Shown here: positions 1 through 7,883 of the stretch, in pieces
How positions within the stretch are numbered: position 1 is the stretch's first letter
Layout of the letters: each line of letters begins with the position of its first letter
Sequence record: KJ019146.1
DNA length: 64,000 bases
Strand: one strand, 5' to 3'
Notes under the pieces: generated by a model
The model's input: the letters and a program-made list of their open reading frames with translations, nothing else
Database searches by the model: none
Told to the model about the DNA's origin: nothing
Made by a program: the position numbers and the translations under genes

Positions 1-76
1 GGTCAGGAAGCCCCTTACCAAAACGAGGAAGATGTGGTAGAATGGCACCAACAGCAGTGAGGTTCTTATTGGCTAT

Positions 77-1231
77 TTGATCGGCGGTGCGGGTGAAGGA
101 CCTGATGAGGAGATCATTCAGTCGGATAGTGACTACTCCAAACTATCTGATAAACAACTGATCTACCTACGTGGGCAAACTATTAAAGATATTGCGAAGT
201 ATCATAACTTCCAACAGGTGAGAAAGATTACCCTAAACTCCGCTTATGGTGCCCTAGGTAATCAATACTTTAGATACTATAAACTGGCGAACGCAGAGGC
301 AGTGACCTTCTCTGGTCAGTTAAGTATCCGTTGGATTGAGAATAAGATGAATGGATTCATCAATGAGATTCTAAAAACAGAGGGTAAGGATTATGTGATC
401 GCCTCTGATACTGACTCTATCTACATTAACTTTGGTGATGTGGTAGATAAGTTCTTGAAGAAGTTTGATGGTGATAAGGAGAAGACTGTATCAATGGTAG
501 ATAAGATCTGTAAGGATCAACTAGAACCATTCATTGATAAGTGTTATGCCCATTTGGGTGAGTATGTGAATGCATACGAACAGAAGATGCAGATGAAGAG
601 AGAGAATATTGCTGATCGTGGTATCTGGACAGCGAAGAAGAGATATATCCTGAATGTATGGGATAGTGAGGGTGTTCGTTATGAGGAACCCAAACTGAAG
701 ATGATGGGCATCGAAGCAGTGAAGTCCTCCACACCTGCTCCCTGTAGAACTATGATTAAGGATGCTCTCCGTATTATCATTGAGAAATCTGAGGATGAAG
801 TTATTGACTACATTGATGATTGTAGAAAGAAGTTTAAACAGATGAAACCAGAGGAGATTGCGTTTCCTCGTTCTGTGAGTGATATGATCAAGTTTCGTTC
901 TGGGACAACAATATATGCTAAGAGTACTCCTATGCATGTGAGGGGGGCGTTACTATTCAATCATCACATTAAGAAGGGTGGGTTGGAGAACAAGTATTCT
1001 CTCATCAATAGTGGTGAGAAGATCAAGTTCTGCTACCTCAAGATTCCTAATCTAATTGGTGAGAATGTTATCTCATTCATCTCCGACTTTCCTAGGGAAC
1101 TTAAGTTGGAGAAGTATGTTGATTATGATACCCAATTCAATAAAGCATTCCTAGATCCACTCAAGATCATCTTGGATGCTATTGGTTGGAACTGTGAGAA
1201 ACAGATGTCTTTGGAATCATTTTTCACCTGA
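77..1231 (+). CDS. 43: T4-like family B DNA polymerase, C-terminal part (gp43B-like: fingers/palm/thumb)
   Basis: Motifs KITLNSAYG, ASDTDSIY, AKKRY and MGIEAVKSSTP are present. The frame is closed upstream by TAG at 38-40, so this is not a window-edge truncation. The start (TTG 77 or ATT 68) is uncertain. Confidence 0.9.
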   Translation: MIGGAGEGPDEEIIQSDSDYSKLSDKQLIYLRGQTIKDIAKYHNFQQVRKITLNSAYGALGNQYFRYYKLANAEAVTFSGQLSIRWIENKMNGFINEILKTEGKDYVIASDTDSIYINFGDVVDKFLKKFDGDKEKTVSMVDKICKDQLEPFIDKCYAHLGEYVNAYEQKMQMKRENIADRGIWTAKKRYILNVWDSEGVRYEEPKLKMMGIEAVKSSTPAPCRTMIKDALRIIIEKSEDEVIDYIDDCRKKFKQMKPEEIAFPRSVSDMIKFRSGTTIYAKSTPMHVRGALLFNHHIKKGGLENKYSLINSGEKIKFCYLKIPNLIGENVISFISDFPRELKLEKYVDYDTQFNKAFLDPLKIILDAIGWNCEKQMSLESFFT

Positions 1232-1259
1232 TATATAAAACCCCCAGAGGAGATCACCA

Positions 1260-1418
1260 ATGGAAAAACAAAATCTAGCGATGGATCTATTCATCGAGTC
1301 TGTAATCAAACCAGACAGTGACCTTAGGGGTCAAGCATCAGAACAGGGTTGTCTAGAAGAACTATTGCAAATCCGTGATGATGTGATAAAATATCTTTAT
1401 AACGAGAGGAAAAACTAG
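1260..1418 (+). CDS. small hypothetical protein (52 aa, MEKQNLAMDLFIESVIKPDSDL...)
   Basis: Read by hand. GAGGAG SD upstream; fills the gap between 43 and the next ORF. Confidence 0.6.
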   Translation: MEKQNLAMDLFIESVIKPDSDLRGQASEQGCLEELLQIRDDVIKYLYNERKN

Positions 1419-1421
1419 TTT

Positions 1422-1655
1422 ATGGCGTTATCCCAATCAGTGGAGAATTCCCTCAGGGAGGCAAGTTCGTCCCTGAGGAATGCTCTAGCTTTTGCTGCCA
1501 GACAGGAGAGATCACATACCTGTCAGCATATTGCTAAAGTATTAAACGATATTGATCTTATTCAGAGAACGGATGAGATGTTTGATACCCTTGATAGTAT
1601 CAAGGATGGTAAGGGTGGTAGCAACCCATTTGGTAAATTTGGTTTTGATGAATAA
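1422..1655 (+). CDS. hypothetical protein
   Basis: 77-aa ORF; its stop overlaps the uvsX start (TAATG). Confidence 0.7.
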   Translation: MALSQSVENSLREASSSLRNALAFAARQERSHTCQHIAKVLNDIDLIQRTDEMFDTLDSIKDGKGGSNPFGKFGFDE

Positions 1656-2662
1656 TGGATTTCTTAAAGGATATTGTAAATGAAATTGGTGGCGACTTCA
1701 CTCAGATTGCCTCAGAGATTGAAGAAAACGAAACATACGTGGACACTGGTTCGTTCATCTTTAATGCTCTTGTATCTGGGTCTATCTATGGTGGTGTATC
1801 TGGTAACAAGATTACTGCAATTGCTGGGGAAAGTTCTACTGGAAAGACTTTCTTCTCACTCGCCGTGGTCAAGAACTTCTTGGATACTAATCCCGATGCA
1901 TATTGCCTTTATTTTGATACTGAAGCTGCAATCAATAGAAACCTTCTTGAGTCACGAGGTATTGACCTTAAGCGGTTGGTTGTCGTCAATGTCGTTACAG
2001 TAGAAGAGTTTAGGATGAAGGCACTTAAGTGTGTCGATATCTACCAGAAGAAACCAGAAGACGAACGCAAACCTTGTATGTTTGTCCTAGATTCTCTGGG
2101 TATGTTGTCTACAGAGAAAGAGATCAATGATGCTCTGAATGACAAGAACGTTCGTGATATGACTAAATCACAACTCATCAAGGGGGCGTTCAGGATGTTG
2201 ACCTTGAAACTAGGTCAGGCTAAGATACCAATGATTGTTACTAACCACACCTATGATGTGATTGGTGCCTATGTTCCTACTAAGGAAATGGGTGGTGGTT
2301 CAGGTCTTAAGTATGCCGCCTCTACTATTATTCACCTCACTAAGAAGAAAGAGAAAGATGGTAAGGATGTTATTGGTAACATTATCAAGTGTAAGACCGC
2401 TAAGTCCAGACTCTCCAAAGAGAATACAGACGTAGGTGTTAGACTATTCTATGATGAACGGGGTTTGGATAAGTACTATGGTCTCCTAGAACTTGGTGAG
2501 CTTGGTGGTATGTGGAAGAATGTAGCTGGTCGTTATGACTTGGGTGACGGGAAGAAAATCTACGCTAAAGAGATACTAAAGGATCCAGAGAAGTACTTCA
2601 CCGAAGAAGTTATGGAGAAACTAGATGTTGTTGCTAGGGGAACATTCTCATATGGGTCATAA
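1655..2662 (+). CDS. uvsX: UvsX RecA-like recombinase
   Basis: Walker A GESSTGKT, YFDTE, VLDSLGML and KEMGGGSG motifs. Confidence 0.95.
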   Translation: MDFLKDIVNEIGGDFTQIASEIEENETYVDTGSFIFNALVSGSIYGGVSGNKITAIAGESSTGKTFFSLAVVKNFLDTNPDAYCLYFDTEAAINRNLLESRGIDLKRLVVVNVVTVEEFRMKALKCVDIYQKKPEDERKPCMFVLDSLGMLSTEKEINDALNDKNVRDMTKSQLIKGAFRMLTLKLGQAKIPMIVTNHTYDVIGAYVPTKEMGGGSGLKYAASTIIHLTKKKEKDGKDVIGNIIKCKTAKSRLSKENTDVGVRLFYDERGLDKYYGLLELGELGGMWKNVAGRYDLGDGKKIYAKEILKDPEKYFTEEVMEKLDVVARGTFSYGS

Positions 2663-2667
2663 ACAAT

Positions 2668-3198
2668 ATGAGTGAGTATATCAAACACTATAGGGGAGTT
2701 CTAACAGACACATCTTGTGATGTTCTGATAGATGCTCTTCTGAGTGTAGATAGAAAGCATATAAAGGAACATCGAACAGATCGTAAAACATTTGATCAGG
2801 TGTTTCTTAATGCTGCAAATATGGATCTGATTCCAGGTATTACTAAAATAGTTGGTAATGTAATCAAACAATACAAGATGGATGTTCCATACTTCACACA
2901 GTTCTTTCCCAAGGGACTGGAGATTGAAACACCAAAGGTCAAAGGTTACAGTCCTGGAGGACAATTCAAACCACATTGTGATGTGGATGCTACTTCCTGT
3001 CCAAGGTATCTTGCCTTTCTATTTTATCTTAATGATAATTTTACAGGTGGACAAACAGAGTTCTTACCTGGTATAATGGTGGAACCTGTGAAAGGTTCAG
3101 TGGTGGTATTTCCACCCAACTGGCAACACCCTCATTGTGGATTACCAGTGGAGACTGGTAACAAATATATTATGTCAACTTATCTAAGATACGTTTAA
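2668..3198 (+). CDS. 2OG-Fe(II) oxygenase (prolyl-4-hydroxylase-like)
   Basis: FKPHCD...FLFYLND...GGQT...HPH...K motif pattern. Confidence 0.85.
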   Translation: MSEYIKHYRGVLTDTSCDVLIDALLSVDRKHIKEHRTDRKTFDQVFLNAANMDLIPGITKIVGNVIKQYKMDVPYFTQFFPKGLEIETPKVKGYSPGGQFKPHCDVDATSCPRYLAFLFYLNDNFTGGQTEFLPGIMVEPVKGSVVVFPPNWQHPHCGLPVETGNKYIMSTYLRYV

Positions 3199-4565
3199 TG
3201 GATCGAATTGAGAATTTAATACTAAGATCACTCTCACATAGTGAAGGGTTTTCTAGGAAGGTTATCCCCTTCATCAAACCAGATTATTTCCATGATAACG
3301 CTGAGAAAGTTCTCTTCGAAGAAATCGCACAATACATTGTCAAGTACAACTCTAATGTTACTGTACAGGCTCTAAGTATTGAGGTGGAACAGAGAACCGA
3401 TTTATCTGATAGTGATGTCAAAACTATCAGAACTATCCTAGATGACTTTGATGCAGTCACAGGAACTGATGAGTGGATGATTGATTCCACTGAGAAGTGG
3501 TGTAAGAAACAGGCAATTTACAACGCTCTTATGGAGTCTGTGAGTATTGCCAATGGAGATAGTCAGACTAAGGCTGAAGACGCTATCCCCAGTATCCTCT
3601 CAGAGGCTCTGGGTGTATCCTTTGATAGTAATGTAGGTCACGACTACATTGAGAACGCAGAGGATAGGTGGGAGTACTATCACCAGAAGGAAGATAAGAT
3701 TCCCTTCGATATTGATCTACTCAATGCGATTACTAAAGGTGGATTACCTAACAAGACACTGAATATCGCACTCGCTGGTACTGGTGTTGGTAAGTCACTC
3801 TTTATGTGTCACGTAGCAGCCTCTAGTTTAATGCAGGGTAAGAATGTTCTATACATCACTGCTGAGATGGCAGAAGAGAAGATCGCGGAACGTATTGACT
3901 CCAACCTACTCAACGTTAATATCAAGGATCTATCTGAACTACCCAAACAGATGTTTGAGAAGAAGATAGATGCGGTATCTAAGAAGACACAAGGTTCCTT
4001 GGTTATCAAGGAGTATCCTACCGCTTCCGCACACTCAGGTCACTTCAAGTCTCTACTTAACGAACTAAAACTCAAGAAGAACTTCACACCAGATATTATC
4101 TTTATTGATTATCTCAATATCTGTGCTTCCTCTCGTATCAGAGCTGGTGCTAACGCTAACTCCTACACACTAGTGAAGAGTATCGCAGAAGAGATTCGTG
4201 GTCTAGCGGTAGAGTTCAACGTTCCTATCGTGAGTGCTACTCAGACGACCCGTAGTGGGTATGGAAACAGTGACGTGGGTATCACAGATACCTCTGAGTC
4301 TTTCGGTCTTCCTGCAACCGCTGACCTTATGATCGCTCTTATCTCCACAGAGGAGCTAGAAGGTCTAGGTCAAATTATGGTTAAACAACTCAAGAACAGA
4401 TACAATGATCCCACCATCCACAAGCGTTTTGTTGTCGGTATTGACAGAGCTAAGATGCGGTTGTATGACTGTGAGCAGGCGGCTCAGGATGATATTCTGG
4501 ATAGTGGTGACGACTCTGAGGAAAAGACTTCCCTCAAGGATAAGTTGGCAAAACTGAGTTTCTAG
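3198..4565 (+). CDS. 41: replicative DNA helicase gp41 (DnaB family)
   Basis: ALAGTGVGKS, EMAEEKIAER, IFIDYLNI, SATQTTRSG and VKQLKNRY motifs. Confidence 0.95.
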   Translation: MDRIENLILRSLSHSEGFSRKVIPFIKPDYFHDNAEKVLFEEIAQYIVKYNSNVTVQALSIEVEQRTDLSDSDVKTIRTILDDFDAVTGTDEWMIDSTEKWCKKQAIYNALMESVSIANGDSQTKAEDAIPSILSEALGVSFDSNVGHDYIENAEDRWEYYHQKEDKIPFDIDLLNAITKGGLPNKTLNIALAGTGVGKSLFMCHVAASSLMQGKNVLYITAEMAEEKIAERIDSNLLNVNIKDLSELPKQMFEKKIDAVSKKTQGSLVIKEYPTASAHSGHFKSLLNELKLKKNFTPDIIFIDYLNICASSRIRAGANANSYTLVKSIAEEIRGLAVEFNVPIVSATQTTRSGYGNSDVGITDTSESFGLPATADLMIALISTEELEGLGQIMVKQLKNRYNDPTIHKRFVVGIDRAKMRLYDCEQAAQDDILDSGDDSEEKTSLKDKLAKLSF

Positions 4566-4573
4566 TGTATAAT
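4545..4573 (+). promoter_or_regulatory. sigma70-type early promoter
   Basis: TTGGCA (4545-4550), 17-nt spacer, TATAAT (4568-4573). Confidence 0.75.
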
Positions 4574-4624
4574 AGTTGTGTTGGGGAGAAAACCCCAACC
4601 TCCTTTGTGATGTGGTGTTTGTTG

Positions 4625-4652
4625 GGGAAGGGGTGGTTCCCTTCCCTTTTTT
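4625..4652 (+). terminator. intrinsic terminator in the mazG leader
   Basis: GGGAAGGG-tggtt-CCCTTCCC followed by a T run. Confidence 0.8.
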
Positions 4653-4676
4653 ATTGTTTATTGGTATTCAATTATT

Positions 4677-5081
4677 ATGAGCGTAGATTTTTCTAAGTAC
4701 GGTGAGTTTGTAGACACAGTAACTAGTGCCCCCTCCAAGGGAACTGGTGAGATGATCGCAGTACTCAAGGACCTTAAGGTTCGTGGAGCACAACCTGAGA
4801 GACTACTCACTGGTGCAGTTGGTATCTGTGCTGAGGGTGGTGAGTTTATGGAAGTCGTCAAGAAGATGGTATTCCAAGGCAAACCTTATGACCACGATAA
4901 CATCTGGCATATGAAGCGTGAGTTGGGTGATATTATGTTCTATGTACAAACAGCGTGTATCGCTCTAGGTACCTCTGTTGATGAGATTGTAGAGATGAAT
5001 GTGGAGAAACTAGAAGCACGATATCCAGGTGGTCAATTTAGTGTAGAGAATAGTGAGAACCGAGTAGAGGGTGACCTATGA
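4677..5081 (+). CDS. mazG: MazG-family nucleotide pyrophosphohydrolase
   Basis: ERLLTGAVGICAEGGEFMEVVKK...KRELGDIMFY...N..KL..RYP pattern. Confidence 0.9.
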   Translation: MSVDFSKYGEFVDTVTSAPSKGTGEMIAVLKDLKVRGAQPERLLTGAVGICAEGGEFMEVVKKMVFQGKPYDHDNIWHMKRELGDIMFYVQTACIALGTSVDEIVEMNVEKLEARYPGGQFSVENSENRVEGDL

Positions 5082-5200
5082 TTTCATCTGATACACACAA
5101 TGAACCCACTGAGTTAATCAGACAAATCAATGATTCAGTGGAACGTGCTAGAATGAAGGAACAAGACGATCAACTAAACTACGACACAGGAGGTAAATGA
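5078..5200 (+). CDS. small hypothetical protein (40 aa)
   Basis: ATGA overlaps with both neighbours. Confidence 0.45.
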   Translation: MISSDTHNEPTELIRQINDSVERARMKEQDDQLNYDTGGK

Positions 5201-5505
5201 TGGACAAACCAATTACAGTTGAGGAATACCAAGAGGCTGGTAAAGAGTTCTGGCCAAAGTATTGGTATGTAGCTAAAGAACTTGGTGAAAACGCTAAGAC
5301 TGAAGATGTCCTACACGTTATGGAGTCTCTTGCTGGTGTTGTTATGGTCAACAGAAGCAATGAAAAGAAAGAATATTCTGGTATGATTGGGTTCAATAAG
5401 TCTCTAGAAGACAACCCATTGGCTTCTGCTACATACCACGGACAACCAGTTACAGAGTGTCCCCCAGGGACTATCTACTGTAACGGTGAATGTTGTGACC
5501 TATGA
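5197..5505 (+). CDS. hypothetical protein
   Basis: 102-aa ORF with GGAGG SD. Confidence 0.7.
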   Translation: MMDKPITVEEYQEAGKEFWPKYWYVAKELGENAKTEDVLHVMESLAGVVMVNRSNEKKEYSGMIGFNKSLEDNPLASATYHGQPVTECPPGTIYCNGECCDL

Positions 5506-5513
5506 GGTAAATT

Positions 5514-5648
5514 ATGGCTAAAAGAACCTATACTACAAAGTCTGGAGATGTGTTTGAGTGGGAAGAGACCCCCGAAACTACTGCAGCACTCAAAGCTCTC
5601 CACAGACAAGTGGCAGAGACAAAACAGAAGCTTGACAGCACCAAGTGA
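5514..5648 (+). CDS. small hypothetical protein (44 aa, MAKRTYTTKSGDVFEWEE...)
   Basis: Read by hand; GAGGT SD. Confidence 0.55.
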   Translation: MAKRTYTTKSGDVFEWEETPETTAALKALHRQVAETKQKLDSTK

Positions 5649-5660
5649 GTCTGTTATAAT
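5632..5660 (+). promoter_or_regulatory. perfect consensus sigma70 promoter driving the RNA cluster
   Basis: TTGACA (5632-5637), N17, TATAAT (5655-5660). Confidence 0.9.
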
Positions 5661-5665
5661 ATGAG

Positions 5666-5738
5666 AGTTGGGAAGGAAACCCCCCAACTGCGGTGATCCC
5701 CTTGGTAGTTCAGGGTTAGCGGCGATAGGAACTACCAC
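5666..5738 (+). ncRNA. candidate structured ncRNA upstream of tRNA-Arg
   Basis: Hairpins AGTTGGG/CCCAACT (5666-5689) and TGGTAGTTC/GAACTACCA (5703-5737) directly follow a perfect promoter; no ORF here. Confidence 0.5.
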
Positions 5739-5740
5739 AA

Positions 5741-5814
5741 GGGTTAATAGCTCAGCTGGACAGAGCAACGCTCTTCTAAAGCGTCGGTCGTTGGTTCGAA
5801 TCCAACTTAACCCG
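5741..5814 (+). tRNA. tRNA-Arg (anticodon TCT), CCA not encoded
   Basis: Acceptor GGGTTAA/TTAACCC, D arm GCTC/GAGC, anticodon arm ACGCT-ctTCTaa-AGCGT, T arm GTTGG-TTCGAAT-CCAAC. Confidence 0.97.
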
Positions 5815-5836
5815 TTGGGGTCTAATTAACCCCATA

Positions 5837-6021
5837 GGATGTGACAGAATGAACCGTTTGGTTAATACCGGTCATTGTATAGTAGGGAAGGCTGTGGTGG
5901 CCGCCAGAAAGACTAGGAGACTAGAGTTCTGAGAACCCATACCAGGGTCCCGAAAGTTCAGAGGTATTACTATTCTTAGTATGACCCCTCTGTTGGAGGT
6001 AAAAAGATAATCCTCCCATCC
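5837..6021 (+). ncRNA. ~185-nt structured RNA between two tRNAs, manA-RNA-motif-like
   Basis: Closing stem GGATG/CATCC; internal stems AATGA/TCATT, CAGAGG/CCTCTG and GGAGG/CCTCC. Size and tRNA adjacency fit the manA motif. Not confirmed by a covariance search. Confidence 0.55.
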
Positions 6022-6027
6022 ACCCAA

Positions 6028-6099
6028 TCCACAATAGCTCAGCGGTAGAGTCGGCGACTGTTAATCGCCTTGTCCCTGGTTCGAATCCAGGTTGTGGAG
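6028..6099 (+). tRNA. tRNA-Asn (anticodon GTT), CCA not encoded
   Basis: Acceptor TCCACAA/TTGTGGA, anticodon arm GGCGA-ctGTTaa-TCGCC, T arm CCTGG-TTCGAAT-CCAGG. Confidence 0.97.
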
Positions 6100-6117
6100 T
6101 TCTTTATTATCTTTGAT

Positions 6118-6834
6118 ATGGATGTATCCAATCCTGATAACTGGTATATTGGTAGATTTTGTGAATCTAACTTCCTAGATCAAACAGCACTCTCCTCAGT
6201 GAGGTCATGGATTGATACTCAATCATGGGTAGATGGAGTTTTAACTTTGGACTACTCTAAAGATAAGGATCCATATCAACTGAAAAGAAATCAGGCAACG
6301 AGAAATATAATCCCACCCAGACTATTTTGGCCACATGTTGATAAGAACGAAAAGTTCGCTCGGTTCACCTGTCCCCGATCAAGCACCGATCCAAACTGCA
6401 CAAAAACATCTAAGGGTGAATACTACAAACCACACTTTGATGATGTAGTTAATGGGCACTTCTCAACTACGATCTTTATCAGTGATCCTGATGAATATGA
6501 TGGTGGTGAGTTAGTTCTGTATATTGACGGGAAGGAAGTATTCTTCAAACCAAAAGCAGGTGAAGGTGTAACTTATGAGACTGGTATTGGTCATAGAGTC
6601 AATACAGTCACAAGGGGTGAGAGATTGGCATTTGTATTCTGGACAGATTGTCGATGGGATGATATTGATGATTATCGTGATTGGCGTTATTATAACTATA
6701 TGAAAGACTACCTAATGACAACTCCTTATGTTGATACCTTATATGAGTTTTGTAACGAACCCCATACTATATTCAAAGGGAAATCATATGATATTATGAG
6801 AAAGGTTATGAGGAAAGTTATTCCTAATGGTTGA
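6118..6834 (+). CDS. PKHD-type 2OG-Fe(II) hydroxylase
   Basis: GEYYKPHFDD...DPDEYDGGEL...HRV..VTRGER. Start moved to ATG 6118 because the track start lies inside tRNA-Asn. Confidence 0.85.
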   Translation: MDVSNPDNWYIGRFCESNFLDQTALSSVRSWIDTQSWVDGVLTLDYSKDKDPYQLKRNQATRNIIPPRLFWPHVDKNEKFARFTCPRSSTDPNCTKTSKGEYYKPHFDDVVNGHFSTTIFISDPDEYDGGELVLYIDGKEVFFKPKAGEGVTYETGIGHRVNTVTRGERLAFVFWTDCRWDDIDDYRDWRYYNYMKDYLMTTPYVDTLYEFCNEPHTIFKGKSYDIMRKVMRKVIPNG

Positions 6835-7360
6835 ATCATTTTACGGAGAAATACTCAACTCGGATGCTACTGGGCATCTGTATTCGTATGCCCAAAGTAT
6901 TCAAGACTGGCAAACCATAAAGCAAGACTATATGGGTAAGAACTATCAGTCTGTTATGGCTCATAAAGTTCCAAAGGGAAATGAAATTGAGAAGTATGTT
7001 GTTAGAACTTTTCTCACATTCAATAAGTTATATTTCAATTACGATCTAGTAGGAACATTTGAAACACAGATTCTAAAGTATAATGTTCATGATGGATATG
7101 ATTGGCATTGTGACTATGGTGTGAGTGAGAATCCCAATGCGATAAGAAAACTGAGTATGATTATTCAACTCAGTGATATGTGGGACTACAATGGTGCAAA
7201 TGTATTTCTAAGGGACTGGCACAACCGAGAACACATCCTAAGTAAGGAATCTGGGTATGTTACCGTATTCGACTCTAGATCACCCCACAGGGTCTCTCCC
7301 CTAGCTATCGGAGAACGATACTCACTGGTAGCCTGGGCTCACGGTCCAGAGTGGAGATAA
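6827..7360 (+). CDS. 2OG-Fe(II) oxygenase
   Basis: YDWHCD...RKLSMIIQLSD...HRVSPL..GERYSLVAW. Confidence 0.85.
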   Translation: MVESFYGEILNSDATGHLYSYAQSIQDWQTIKQDYMGKNYQSVMAHKVPKGNEIEKYVVRTFLTFNKLYFNYDLVGTFETQILKYNVHDGYDWHCDYGVSENPNAIRKLSMIIQLSDMWDYNGANVFLRDWHNREHILSKESGYVTVFDSRSPHRVSPLAIGERYSLVAWAHGPEWR

Positions 7361-7385
7361 ATAAAATACAAAGAAATGGAAACAT

Positions 7386-7700
7386 ATGCTTTCTACACAA
7401 TATCGTCTTCGACTGGAGGCTATCTGCCGAAAGATTGCGAATAGTGAATCTGTAGATTTGAGTGACATGATCTGGGCAGACAAACTGGCAAAGAGTCATA
7501 CTACCGCTAGAGACTGGTTGCAGCAGGCAAGAAGACAATCCGCCCATCAAATTGAAGAAGGTACCATAGATGATTTTATGAATCGGATGAATTTAGGGAA
7601 CCCTGATCCATCCGATCATAAAACTGGGTTCGATAGTGCCGATGACATCAAAGATTGGTTTCGGCAAGATAAGTCCAAAGACTGGAGACAAAGAGACTAA
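7386..7700 (+). CDS. hypothetical protein
   Basis: 104-aa ORF with typical phage composition. Confidence 0.75.
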   Translation: MLSTQYRLRLEAICRKIANSESVDLSDMIWADKLAKSHTTARDWLQQARRQSAHQIEEGTIDDFMNRMNLGNPDPSDHKTGFDSADDIKDWFRQDKSKDWRQRD

Positions 7701-7702
7701 CT

Positions 7703-7882
7703 ATGGCTAATAAAAACGACAAAGGCAATCACCCAAGAGAAGAGGGTTGGTTCACCGAAAAGTTGAAGAGAAGACTCAGGAATGATCTCATACATCCTGA
7801 ACATCTAGTTCCCATTCTTATTGAAGAGAATGAGGCACTTAGAGCAGAGATTGCAACACTAAAAGCAATGCATAAATGGTAA
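7703..7882 (+). CDS. small hypothetical protein (59 aa)
   Basis: Read by hand; packs tightly between its neighbours. Confidence 0.55.
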   Translation: MANKNDKGNHPREEGWFTEKLKRRLRNDLIHPEHLVPILIEENEALRAEIATLKAMHKW

Positions 7883-7883
7883 A

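Noticed and set aside
5475-5768. Minus-strand 97-aa ORF over the RNA cluster
   Set aside because: It is antisense to a promoter, an ncRNA candidate and a tRNA, with no protein-like features.
6070-6117. N-terminal 16 codons of track ORF 6070..6834
   Set aside because: They overlap tRNA-Asn; ATG 6118 is the plausible start.
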